Of a stretch of DNA of 64,000 nucleotides, positions 11,060 through 23,555 are shown piece after piece. How positions within the stretch are numbered: the stretch's first letter is position 1; every line of letters begins with the position of its first letter. The DNA comes from Lepidodermella squamata (Eukaryota; Animalia; Gastrotricha): contig JBLDXI010000015.1 in the NCBI GenBank assembly GCA_047495785.1, forward strand, positions 3,720,001 to 3,784,000. The letters run 5' to 3'. Position numbers and translations under genes: made by a program. The notes beneath the pieces are model-generated. The model was not told the DNA's origin, did no database searches, and saw only the letters and a program-made list of their open reading frames with translations.

Positions 11060-12739
11060 ATGTCTTTCAAAATAAAGCTCGAACAAAAAGAATATCAGAT
11101 TTTCTTGCCTTTGGTAAGGAAATAAAATAATAATGTCGAATTATCGAGTTTCATTTGAAAATCGACCTAACCGATTCAATAAACGGCCGATTGAGATATT
11201 TTGCACCCGGATCGGATAGCCGTAGTGCAGGCTTGCTAGGAGGGTGTCTGAAATGAGAGGGAAACATTAGGACAGGATCAATAGGGTGGATGCAACAGAC
11301 AAACCTTATACGAGCGTTTCAGGACCGCCGTCCCAATTCAGAAAACCAAGCCAAATCATATTTTTCGGACAGGCTTCTTCATAAAAGTTCCTGTGTCCAG
11401 TCCCCAGCGCTTAGCCGTGAGAGAGGCACATTCTAAAATAAAATCAAGGTTATAGAAATTTCATAGAATTCCGAATTGATTAGAATTATTATTCGAATTT
11501 ATGCTGATGGCGGAATATCTCCAGGTCAGTCTCCAGTTCATTTTGGCCACGATAAACCAAGTGTCGAAGTCGTTCGACGAGTTTAGGAAGACTCAAAATA
11601 GTAAGCAGGTTAGATCTGAGGAATTGTTGACCTTAATTGCCATTGTTTAGTGGCTGCGGAAAGTTTTCATTATAATCTTCAAAAGTCATGGATAACGACG
11701 AGCCATGCCAATGTCGGCTAGGGAGGCGAGCGATGAAGACACCGGCAATGATGACTTCAACGACTTCGATCTACCTGATATTCCCCCTACTATCAAGAAT
11801 CCGTTTGTTTCAAGCCAGAAGCCGTTCCAGCAAAAATCGTCTTATCTCTGACTCAACAGCCTGGTACTTCGGCTAGCTCGGTTCAAACCGGAGCCAGTAA
11901 TGACGTCAGATAAAAGAGCAAAATATTTGGCCGATGAAACCCGCCTGTTTCGAGAAATTTGTTCGCCGTTCCTGCAATGGTCAAGAAGTCCGCGAAAAAA
12001 TCGATCAGCTATCAGTAACTTCACTCACTCGGTTGCTAGATACATTTTCCAAGCTGCGCCTTCAACACGAAACATTCTACAACAAAGCACAGCTGCTTTT
12101 CCTCCAAGCGCTGCAGTAATGTTGCAATGTTGCAACTGCAGGCCAACGACTCATTCAACGAGCGATGTAGCCAGCATACCGACCCGCCTTGCTAGCGCAA
12201 TTGGACATTTCCGAAGAATTTCAACAAACTCTGCGTGGATCAACGTTTCTAAAGTTTGCCTAGGGTTCGACTCGGGATAATTCAACGAGATTCGCAATAC
12301 TCTCAACCGAACAAAACTTACTCTATTGGGTACTTCTAGTTCTACAGATAGCTCCAGCGGTTCTAGGAGTCAAGCATCTCGCCGCCACGTGGCCGCCACA
12401 TGGTACCCGCAGCAGTGGCTAATGTCGCCCTGGCAACAGCCACCATGGAGAAATCACGCCATGGCCGGCCGTCTGCAGCCGGGGGAAGCCATCGCATCAT
12501 CAAACCATGCCTCAACCTAAGCCACTAGCTACAAACCCAATTCCGACCACAACTGCCACCACTGGAACAACACAGGTGGACGATAAAATTATCATTTAAA
12601 ATCCACCAAAAGATGATAATTGATAATTCCCAAAATTATGATTTTATTTCTGAATTTCTCTGGCATTTTTCCACTCAATTACTTCCCCTAATAATCATGA
12701 AATAGACCCTGAGTTTGCGTTGCGAATGAGGAGATCGAC

Positions 12740-12876
12740 AAGAACTTCAAAGCACTAATGAAAGGACGAAACAAATGGGATTGCCTGATCTTAGAAATGT
12801 TGGCAATTAGGAAGATAAAGCCTAATATGAATAAGCAAACGAATTCCATCAAGGCCAAGCAGTTTACAGAGCCCAT
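12740..12876 (+). mobile_element. Relic GIY-YIG endonuclease C-terminus (Penelope-like retroelement type)
   Basis: FKALMKGRNKWDCLILEMLAIRKIKPNMNKQTNSIKAKQF matches the recalled C-terminal pattern DCLIxEMLxIxxxKPxLNxQxDSIxAKLF of PLE-associated GIY-YIG domains. No intact RT nearby. Confidence 0.55.
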
Positions 12877-13390
12877 TTTTCATGAAAAATGCAAGCGGAC
12901 AATAAGCAGAAAAATTAGTCGAAAAAATTATCTCGTTTTTCAGTTTTCATAATCAATTTAAAAATATCCGCATATTTCATAATCAATTAATATAATTAAA
13001 ATTAAGATTTTAATTATGATTTTACGCATAAACTATTCAACTTCATCTCCCTGAGCTGCGTTTTTCAAAAAAACTGAGTTAAACACAGTTTTCACCTAAA
13101 CACGTGACACTTAATCACAGAAAAAAGAGCCATGAACAATCAACCACTTTAGGCGAGTCTCGAGATGCCTAAAGTGGACGAGGGCCACGAGCCGCTGTCT
13201 TAGGGTTGAACAATGGTATCATGTGCCAACGAGTCCCTTCATCGGCTCGGGTAAGACACTGCGAAATGTCCGAGTTTACGAAATATAGCAGCAAATTGCG
13301 TAATTCATTCAATAAAAGGCGAGGAACGATGAAATAAAAAAATCATTCAGCGCTCATTTTTTCGACTTTTCAATATTTGATTCGATTTGC

Positions 13391-14804
13391 ATGAACAGCC
13401 GAAAGTCAAGTTCTACTTCGGCTATTTGGCGCCCTTACGACCCGGAGCCGCCGACGAAAATGCCGCCACCTCCGCCACCCCCACCACTGGTCAATGAAAC
13501 TGGTCGGTCGCGCGGTCAACCACAGGCCGCGAATAGGCTGCCGCCACCCTTGCCACTCACACCACTGGTCAGGAGCACGACTACAGTGATTCACCCGCAG
13601 CCGCAAACTGGTTCTATTTCAGGTCATCAACAACAGCAGCGAAAACCGGCCGAAAAACCGCTGAGCAAAGCCCAGGAAGAACGTCTCAAAAAATTCACTG
13701 CGATTGTTCCGACGGAGCCTGCTACAGCAGCGAAGAAGAAGAAGGAAACTTCTATCTCGCATGGTAACATCACCTGGGAGGGCGAAGTCGAAGAAGCTTT
13801 CGTTGACGTTCTGGAGGAGTTTTATCCTCAACTCATGTCGTCGACGCAGAAGCGTGTCGATATTTACACGGAAATGTCGTCCCGGCTTGACGAATCGCTG
13901 TTGTTTCTTCCCGGCCAGCTTACCGCCGACGTCGTAAAAGCTCACTATGAATACCGTTTTTCCGAGGTGAAAAAGCTTGAAGATTCTTTGAAAAAAACGG
14001 CGCCGGCGCTGTTTACATGTGAGTAATTTTTTTATTTGCTGATTTAAATATTTTCAAAAATCATGGAAGACTTTTGTTTTTGATTTCGATTCGAGTTAAA
14101 ATTAAATCATCGTAAAATTAAAATTATGAATAAAACCCGAGAACCTAAATTTAGAAAATTAGAAAATTTGTGAACAATTTTTAATCTTAATTTTTTGAAA
14201 ATTTTAAATTTAGTTTTTTGAAAATTTTATATTCAATATTTTGAAAACTAAATTTTAGAAATTAAAAATTGACAATTTTCTATTATTTTCGAAATTCACA
14301 AAATTAACGAAAAATTAACGAAATTTTCATTTTTTTTATAGAATTCAAATGCAACAATATTTTTTAATTAAATTATTCCATATTAATTTTTTTTATTTCA
14401 GCTCCCCTACTACCGAGCGCCTGCGCCAACTATTTCGACACGACCCCCGGATCAACCCGATTACGATGGTTTCGACAATCGGTGGCTTGGAAGAACGGTC
14501 GTCTAGCCAGGAAGAAGAGGAGGAGGAGTTCGATGGCATTTATGGCGATGCTCTGCCGGCCGAGTTGAAGTGGACGAGTGTGAAGAAAACCATCGCTAAA
14601 TACAAAGCACATCGTGCTGAAAATCGAGACGCTGAGCCCAGTTCGTCTAAAACTCGGTCCTGTTCGACGGGCAAAAGCCGAGGCTACAGCCGTAGGAATC
14701 GGAAAGCGGATATGGTCGAAGCTTTTGAAACGCAAATGGAGCTGAATCGTGTTTTTATGGACAAAAAAATTGATCAACTAAGCCGCCTTCCTAAACCGAA
14801 TTAA
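13391..14804 (+). CDS. Harbinger accessory Myb/SANT-like DNA-binding protein (2 exons, intron ~14019-14401)
   Basis: Pro-rich N-terminus, then ITWEGEVEEAFVDVLEEF..KRVDIYTEMSSRL..TADVVKAHYEY (trihelix-like spacing), and an acidic/basic C-terminus. Lies inside the Harbinger TIRs. Confidence 0.7.
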
Positions 14805-14989
14805 CAATTTTTCTCTTATTTCATATTTTCAAGTGATTTTTAAGGAAACTATTAAAAAATATTAAAAAACTAAAGATTTCCCTTCTATTCTTAATTTAGA
14901 TAAATAAAAATGAATCATCTTCTCGAGTTGTTTACATTGCGAATTTCCTGTTGTTAGATTTGAATTGGTTTTTCATCATCCTTTTTTGG

Positions 14990-16115
14990 ATGACTGACGA
15001 ATTTGATGAGCGGCGTTCGCATGAAAAAGTCGGAAATTTTTACACGGAAATAATTCCATTGATGCATCCTGATTATTTTAAACGCACCTTTCGCCTATCA
15101 AAAGAAATGGTTTACAATCTTACTGAATGTCTTGTGGATCGAGGTGTTTTACGGGACCCTGATGAGATGGATCCCACTCAAGGACCAGCCATTTACCCGC
15201 CTGATATGTGGGTGCTAGTTGCGCTTTATTACCTGGGTGGCCAAGAGCCTTATTTTCGAATCGCTACTCTGTTTGGAATTGCACCTTCTACGGCACTCAA
15301 AATGGTTAGGACCGTGAGCCGAGGTATAGCAGAAAATCAGCGATACTTTATTCAGTGGCCAAACGCCGAGCAATGCGTTGAGAATGAATTGCGATTTCGA
15401 AATCGACATGGCTTTCCAGGGGTAATTCAAACCTAAATTTGGAGCTTAGTTTGATTCTTTTTAATTTAAGGTGGTTGGAATAATAGATGGAACTCATATT
15501 CCGATATCTGCCCCAACTGAGAGTCCCAACACCTACATCAATCGCAAAATGTTTTTCAGCGTAATTTTGCAAGCAGTCGTAGACTCTCAGGGCAAATTTA
15601 TCGATGTTGCATGTGGCTGGCCGGGTGCGACCAATGATCGAGGAGCTTTTAATACTTCGCATTTTTTTCACAACATCACCGCGAGACGAGCTGACTATTT
15701 ACCCGGTGGAAACTTCCATATTTTAGGTGACGGAGCCTACCCTCTACTTGAATGGCTGCTAATACCTTTTCGAAGAATTGACCTGGTTAATCCCTACTTG
15801 GCTAATAAGCGAAACTACAACCGTCGATTTTCTTCTACGCGAGTTGCCGTCGAACATTCATTCGGCTATTTGAAAGGACGATTCCGTCGATTTTTGGATT
15901 GTGCACATTTGCTCGATGTTCGATGGGCGCCGATTCACGTTGTCGCAGCCTGTTGTCTTCATAACTTATGCATTGACGACAGCGATGGTTTCGAATTCTT
16001 CGTTTTCGATCCTCACGCCGGCCTTGACCCGCAAAATTATGCCCATGCCTACAACCCCGATGGCGAAAACAAGCGGTTTAATATCGCACTCAACCTGCCT
16101 CCTGCCCAATTTTGA
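14990..16115 (+). CDS. Harbinger DDE transposase (DDE_Tnp_4/HARBI1-like); intron 15422-15470; start uncertain
   Basis: FKRTFRLSK, HTH (YFRIATLFGIAPSTA), GFPG|VVGIIDGTHIPI, YINRK, GWPGATND, LGDGAYPL, YNRRFSSTRVAVEHSFGYLKGRFR, CCLHN. No internal stops. Confidence 0.93.
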
Positions 16116-17740
16116 AAATAACTTATGAATTTTGAAAAATACCTTGATATACGAAAGCCCGTCACTTTTTTGCGCATAAAACTCAATAAAATCGGCCTGT
16201 TTGATAAAATCGAGAATTCGACGATGACGCAATTTCTCTTGCGCAATGTGGCCCTCGTTAAATTGACTGTAATTATGCGAAAAGAACATTGAAAAACGCA
16301 GCTCTGAAGATGATTTCTGTTAGAAATCGAAACGTCGGAAATAAACTGTTAGCGCTAAATTTCATCAATCGCTTGTACACCAAAAAACTGGTTATCAAAT
16401 GTAATTCATGAATTTTTTAGTATGTAAACGTGCCTCGCAATTCCAAAATTCAAGCAAATTAACCTGTTTCATTCAGCTCAGCTTCGCGGCCAGGTAAACA
16501 GCCACCAACGGTTCAGGTAAATGTGTCGCTATCCGAACGACAGAACACGCTTCGCTATTCGGCTTTTTGCCCCTGCCGCGCTGAGAGCCAGCGTCATCGA
16601 CGGAAGTTTTCATTTGATGCGTCAAAAAAGATTAACAGCAAAAATTAAAACTCAACACTGTATCGCGTTTCTCTGTTCTAAGTTTTCGAACTCATTTGAG
16701 ACTTGATCGAGCGTTGTTACGTCACAGCGACAGCTTGTGTGCTAACAATTCTTGAATTCTTGAAGCGACGTGATTCATAGTGAATTAATTAAAAAACGAT
16801 GAGCACCCCATCCTTATTTTGGCCTCTTTTTCGGTTTAAAAAAATTGAAATTGAAATGAATCCGAGCATAAATATATGTGAGAGCCGCAAAGAATCGAAC
16901 CCGAGGCGCCCGCAAACCATGTTTCTCGCGAAAAAGCAAAAAAGCAAAAAGCTACCTGTCTATTTTCTACCTGTAGCTCAAAACGTACGAATTCTACTAG
17001 GAAGAGGATTGCGCCATTCGAAAGAGCGGGGTCGAATACCCTGCCTGAGCATCGGTGACATTTTGAACTGATAATTTCGATGTTGCAAGATTCTTAAAGT
17101 TGAAACTTGAGCCGTTTTGTGGACATAACACTTTTTTCCGCGAGCACGACGAATCGGCAAAAACTGAAATTTAGACGAGTTTTTGGGCTAGCGAATGCCG
17201 GTATCCGCAAGTCCGGACGATGCTACCTTGTGATTTGTGATTTATGGCTAATTTATAGTCGCCATAGTCCGGAATTAGGGAACCGGGTGCCCTAATAATT
17301 TCGGCCACCTCATTCAGCCAAAATCTAGGGTATGACAGTTTAACAGCTACCGGCTACCTTCAAAAGTCCGCTTTTCCGACCATACCCCACTATTATGGTA
17401 ATTTTTTCAATTTTGGAATCGAATAAAATCGAATTCAGGGAATAATTTCGTTAATATGGTTGAAAGTTTTGGAATTTTAGGCTTGAGACTTGTTTACGTC
17501 ATTTTTGGGCTTCAATGTGACACTTGTCATGTATACCGTCTTTACCTTTGTTGTTAACTTCTATTCACGTTGAACCTTAAACTTAATTTAATAATGACTA
17601 GTGAATTACGTCTATGCGTAAAAAGCTTTTTATTTCCATATCCGTAACAAAACTTACAGCGCGAAGCTGCTGGAATCCGACTTTTTAAAGACACAGCCGA
17701 TTCGGAGAACTGATGCTGGTTTTTCGCATATTAGTTGAAA

Positions 17741-19338
17741 ATGTCGATTAAGTTCCTATCGCACTATTCAAACCGCCAGATTATTATTTTGATTTGCTTC
17801 CTGCTAGCAACCATCGCCTTGATCTCCCAAATTCTACTATTTAGTCAAAGAAATGAGATCATCAGCGATAGTCGAGCTTCGTTTCGAACACGAGACTCAT
17901 CTACCTTGAATGATGCAGAGTTCAAGTTCAAGCCGATTGGTCACTCACCCTACAACTTCACAATGCAAGGCATTCATTACGCGGCAAAAGTTTGTTCGGG
18001 CGAAGAATTGATAAAAAACGATTCCCAGGCCGAAGTAACGTCATCATTGCTATTCGAATTCTCGCCGTTGGTCAACGATCACGTGATGCAGATGTATGCC
18101 GACCATGTTCGAAATGAAACTTGGCTGCAAAATACGCGAACCTACCCGATGCAGATTAGCTGTCATCCGGACGGAGCTTATCTCACCTGCGCGATTCGAA
18201 TTTGGCTGAGATTAGACAAGTGGCGCGATTCGCCGGCTTCGGTCCGAAATCGATTTCAGGACAGTACGATGTACGTCATGCAGTTGGACAGTGATTTGAA
18301 ACTTGTTAAGAAATCCAACCACCTCCTCGGTATTCCAGCCCCGGTTCAGGATTTTCAATACACTGGCCCAGAAGATCCGAGAATTGTCGCGATTAATGGA
18401 TCACTTTACATGAATTTCCTGGCTGGCCACGTCTACGGAACTGAAAAGGTGACAAAAAGGTACGCCCAAAAAAATCACGCGGTCGAATTTAATAAAATTT
18501 TGAAATATTAAGGCGGCAATTTTTATGGTCCATGGATGAAAACATTCTTTACACCATCCGAGCTGATAATCTGAGCGATAGGCCAGCAGAAAAAAATTGG
18601 GCACCGTGGGTCACCGAAAATAACGTTCTTCGTTTTGTCTACCAATTTCTGCCGGTAATGAGGGTGATGGAATGCGACTTTTTGCCAATATTGCCGAAGC
18701 AACCTCGAGCTGTTCATTGCAAATTCATCGCCGGCGATACTGGACAGGTTGAAACCACCGGATTGGTACTTCGAGGGGGCTCGCCTATCGTTCACTACAA
18801 GGATGAATATTACATAACCCTGACGCATTCGGTATCGCCTGTAATTAGCAAAAGTATGTTGCAAAGTCATCAGACTGAAATTTTACATAAAATTTTGTAT
18901 AGAATATGCTGCTCAAATTACCCTGATGAACATGAACGACTTTCGGGTCGTTTTCATCTCTTCGCCAATCTTGATAGACCCGGACATAATGCGAAATACG
19001 AAAACGACAGATCCTAATATTCTCCGACCTTTCCTATATGCTCGAAGCCTTTTCCTGGAATCCAAGGACAGTTTGGTCATGAGTGCAGGCCTAAATGACA
19101 ACCACAGCTTCCTCATCAGATTGCAAGGATTCGCTCCTCTTTTGGGTATGATATGATCCAGCCTTTGATTTCTTGAAATTTTATTTATTTTCAAGAAAAT
19201 GCAATGAAAATCGATCGCAACGTTTCTGCTTGTAAACGAAAGCTGGATTTGGCCGTGAATGAGTTTGAGCCGACGTTGATAAAAGTAAACAGCAATATCT
19301 TGGATAAATTATTTCCTGTGAATGCTCCGCCTGCTTGA
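17741..19338 (+). CDS. GT91/BMT-like propeller protein, paralog 2 (4 exons)
   Basis: Same TM anchor, GPEDPR, EKNWAPW and LRGGSP motifs and the same intron positions as paralog 1. Ends NAPPA*. Confidence 0.75.
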
Positions 19339-19644
19339 ATGTCTTTCAATGCAATAAAACTATAGCGAGAATTCTTTTTTACCTTAAATAGTCTTAAATA
19401 ACGAAAACAAATAAACGTTAAATGATTTAAATAATTTTTAATATTCAGAAAAATCACAAAATATCGCGTGAAAATTGGGCAACATTTTGGAAGAAAAATC
19501 ACTCGGCCGAATCAAGCAACATGTTGAAATCGCGACTTCTGATTGGACGTAATTAAAAGCAATATATTTGCAGCCTTCCGCCAGGCCGGTTTAAAAATTT
19601 TCCAATTTTTGTGGTTGGTTCCAAATAGGGGTCGTTTTGTAAAC

Positions 19645-20272
19645 GACATCACAACGAACACGCTGGTTATTTTTTCATGATTTTTTAACTCAATATGGAC
19701 CACAGAAATAAAAGAAAAATGATTTTTGCGATTGCAAATAAAATCAATTAACACCACTTGCAGAATCGAAATTGAAGCTGTTTTTCAGTGATCCGTGTAG
19801 ACCAGATCGAGCTCTACAATTTGTTACTTGGAGCGAACTTGGATAAATTTTTATCGATTTTCTGCTATTTTATAAAGGAATCGAGAGCATAATTGACATT
19901 TCTGTCCTTTTGAGATCCAGGTTTCGACTCCTTTCCAACCACAACATGTGCATGTGCTGTCACGTGCTGTCAACAAAGGTTCTGAATTGAATCCTCCACC
20001 AAGTCCATAGTTTTATAATAGATGAATCCATGTTCGATTTTCGAAAATGTCCAGAAACGCGATAAAAATTCATCCAAGTTCGCTCCAAGTATCAAATTGT
20101 AGAGCTCGATCTGGTCTACTCGGACCACTGAAAAACTGCTTCAATTTCGATTGAATTAGAGGTGTAAATATATTTTTATTGCATCAGCGAAACTCAATTT
20201 CTTCAATTTCAGTGGTTCATATTGCTCCTAAAATTTTGGAAAAATAACCAGCGTGTTCCTTGTGATGTCGCC
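19645..20272. mobile_element. Foldback/MITE with ~220-bp inverted arms
   Basis: GACATCACAACGAACACGCTGG..TAGACCAGATCGAGCTCTACAATTTGTTACTTGGAGCGAACTTGGAT is mirrored by ATCCAAGTTCGCTCCAAGTATCAAATTGTAGAGCTCGATCTGGTCTA..CCAGCGTGTTCCTTGTGATGTC. Confidence 0.75.
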
Positions 20273-21724
20273 TATCTGGAACCATCAACCTATCTGGAAA
20301 AAGAATCGAATATTTTGTTTACTTGGCCTCCAAGCCTCTGATGAATCAGCTGACCATCTGGCGCCCATGGCGTACACCCTTTTCCACGCGAGTGGGCGAT
20401 CTCTACTGTGACGAGAAGCAGCACTGCGATTCGTGTGATATCTAATTAGGCAGTATCTCGTGTTCGACATTGTTTTGTATCGCCAGTATTTAAGGCCGAA
20501 TTTCAAATGATCAATGTTCGGTTTATTAAATAAAGCTTTAGAGTATTGCCTAGCCACTTCCCTGACATATGCTTATATATGCCTTGAATTGTCTTGATTG
20601 GTGACAGCTGATTTTTCGATGAGCCCATTTCACGTTTCTCTCATAAAAAATGATTATATTATCATCGAATCGCACCTAATCGATCCTAGGTAGGTAGTTT
20701 TCGTATTTTTATGAAGATTTTATGATGATTTATGGTGAATTTTGTGCGCGACGCTTCGAGGAAAACTCTTTTCATCCGATCAATGTCTTAATTCTTCTGA
20801 CAACCAAAAATGTGACTAAAACCTGCCGACTTGCTTTTTCATATTTTCAAAACTTGCAGTAAGAAATTGACTATTCGGATCGCCATAAATCTTTCAGCAT
20901 GAAACTCTGCCGGGTCAGGGGCCAAAAAGACGGTGTTTTATGAGGAATAATTAATATCGAGTGAGGCCCTTAGATACCGTAGATTGACCAATCCTGGGAT
21001 GGCCTCGACGCTGTAAGCAGCTATTTTGCGTAGTGAAATGACTTTCTAAGCCATTTTTTGTTGTTCAAACCAGACCTATACTGGTAACCTGTTTTTCTAC
21101 TGGCCGGTGTTCCACCTCTAGCGCGGATTTGCTTCGAATATCGGGCGTGATTCGCAGTTCTGCCTTGATAAACTCTAATACGAAAGCGTTCTCAGCATGC
21201 CAATGGTAGAGCCGCAGATGTTTTATGGCCGGTGGAAGCGTCGAAAATAGACTTATTAATAGACATTTCCAATGGCGATTATGTATTTATGTATTTTTCA
21301 TTGGCAACAGGGCAACAGGGCAAACGTTCTATGAATTTCCAGGCGTTAAAATAGATCCAACGTAGCGCGTTATCTTGCTTTTAGAGTGCAGAGATCATTA
21401 TGTTTCTTCAACTATCAGCAAAAAACTCATTCATGAAATTACGTATTTACGCAAAGATCGGCTTTTTGCAGTGACCCCACGCGAAGTTGATCTCGAAAGA
21501 GAAGACGCCGAATAAATTTATCCGTTATTGTGTTTTCACTTATAATTTTTAAGATAGATAAAAATTTAATTTTTTAATTAAGAATTTTTCATCGTACATA
21601 AATTATATGTAGGTATATATTTATTTCAAACACGTGGATTTTTTACGCAGCTCCAAAAAATGGGAAGCTTCGAAGCCGCCGCCTTACGTTTCAGGCCTGA
21701 TGCTGGTTTTTCGCGTAGTTGAAA

Positions 21725-23338
21725 ATGTCGATCAAGTATCAAGTGTACTGTTCAAACCTTCAGATTATTGTTTTGATTTGCTTCCTGTTATCAGCCATCG
21801 GATTGATCTCCAAATTTGAGATACGTAATGAGATTTTCAGCGCCAGCCGAGCTTTCTTACGAACACAAGATTCATCTACCTTGAATGATACTGAAGCAGC
21901 AAGGTTTAGTTGCAAGCCGATCGGATACTCGGCCTACAACTTCACAATGCAAGGCCTTCACTATGCGGCAGGTGTTTGTGCAGGCGAGGCATTTCTAACC
22001 GAGTCCAAAGCCGCTGTAACGTCATCAGTGCTATTCGAATTCTCGCCTTTGGTCAACGATCACATAATGCTGATGTTTGCCGACCATGTTCGAAATGAAA
22101 CTTGGCTGCAAAATTCGCCTACATACCCTATGCAAATCAGCTGTCATCCGGACGGACCTTATCTCACCTGTGCACTTCGAACTTGGCTGAGATTTGACTT
22201 GTGGGGTAAGTCGGCTCAAAATCGATTCCAAGACAGCTTTATGTACACCTTGCAGCTGGACAGCGATTTGAAACCAGTTAGGAAATCCAGGGATCTTCTC
22301 GGAATTCCGACCGCGATTCAAGATATGTATTACACTGGACCGGAAGATCCGAGAATTGTCGCGATTAATGGATCGCTTTACATGAATTTCCTAATTGGCC
22401 ACAGCTATGGTATGGGACAAAACACGAAAAGGTGGGTTCAAAGCGCACTTATCCGTTGTTGAAATAACATCCGTAATGAATTAGGCGGCAATTTCTATGG
22501 TCCATGGATGAGAGCGTTCTTTACACTATTCGAGCGGATAATCTGAGAGACAGGCCGTCAGAAAAAAATTGGGCACCCTGGGTCACCGAAAACAACGCTC
22601 TACGTTTTGTCTACCAATTTCTACCGGTAATGAGAGTAATGGAATGCGATTTTTTACCAGAATTACCCGAACAATCTCGAGCTGTACATTGCAAATTCAT
22701 CGCCGGCGATCATGGGCAGATTGAAACTGCCGGATTCGTACTTCGTGGTGGCTCGCCTATTGTTCATTACAAGGACGAATATTACATAACGCTGACGCAT
22801 TCTGTATCAAAAGCGCAGAAACCTGGCATGGTGGCTGGTAGAAGTATGTTTCTAAATTTCGACGGGATTTCTTTAAAATAAACCGACCTTTGTTTAGAAT
22901 ATGCGGCTCAAATTACGCTGATGAACATGAAAGACTTTCGGGTTGTTTTCATCTCATCGCCAATCTTGATAGACCCAGACATAATGCGAAATACGAAAAC
23001 GACAGAATCAAATATTCTCCGACCTTTCCTATATGCTCGAAGCCTTTTCCTGGAATCTATGGACAATTTGGTCATGAGTGCAGGCCTGAATGACAACCAC
23101 AGCTTCCTCATCAGTTTGCAGGGATTCGCACCTCTCTTGGGTATGAAATTATACGGCAGTTGCCATGATCTAATTCAAATTTTTTTATTTTCAAGAAAAC
23201 GCGATGAAAATCGATCGCAACGTTTCTTCTTGCAAAAGAAAGCTGGATTCGGCTGCGAATCAGTTCGAGCCCGCGTTGGTAAGAGTCACTGACAACATAT
23301 TGGATAATTTATTTCCTGTGAATGCTCCTCCAGCTTGA
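21725..23338 (+). CDS. GT91/BMT-like propeller protein, paralog 3 (4 exons)
   Basis: Same motifs and intron positions as paralogs 1-2. Ends NAPPA*. Confidence 0.75.
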
Positions 23339-23555
23339 CAGCTTGATTTTCTTTTAAAATAAAGTTATTTGCGAGAACATTTTATGCTATTTATCAAAAT
23401 AATCTGAGTGCGATTCAAGTCCGCTGGTGAAAGACGCCTCAATGAAGTTGCGTCGCTTGCCTTTTCTTTTTGATTCGACTTTTTTGTGTGCCCAATATAT
23501 GTAGCATAATCTATGCATAAATTTATTCGCGCAACATGAACATTTTTATGATTTG

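Larger units (their letters stand above)
13054..16303 (+). mobile_element. PIF/Harbinger DNA transposon, full length
   Basis: Perfect 15-bp TIRs AGCTGCGTTTTTCAA (13054-13068) and TTGAAAAACGCAGCT (16289-16303). 3-bp TSD CTG (13051-13053, 16304-16306). Contains a Myb/SANT-like ORF and a DDE transposase. Confidence 0.92.
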
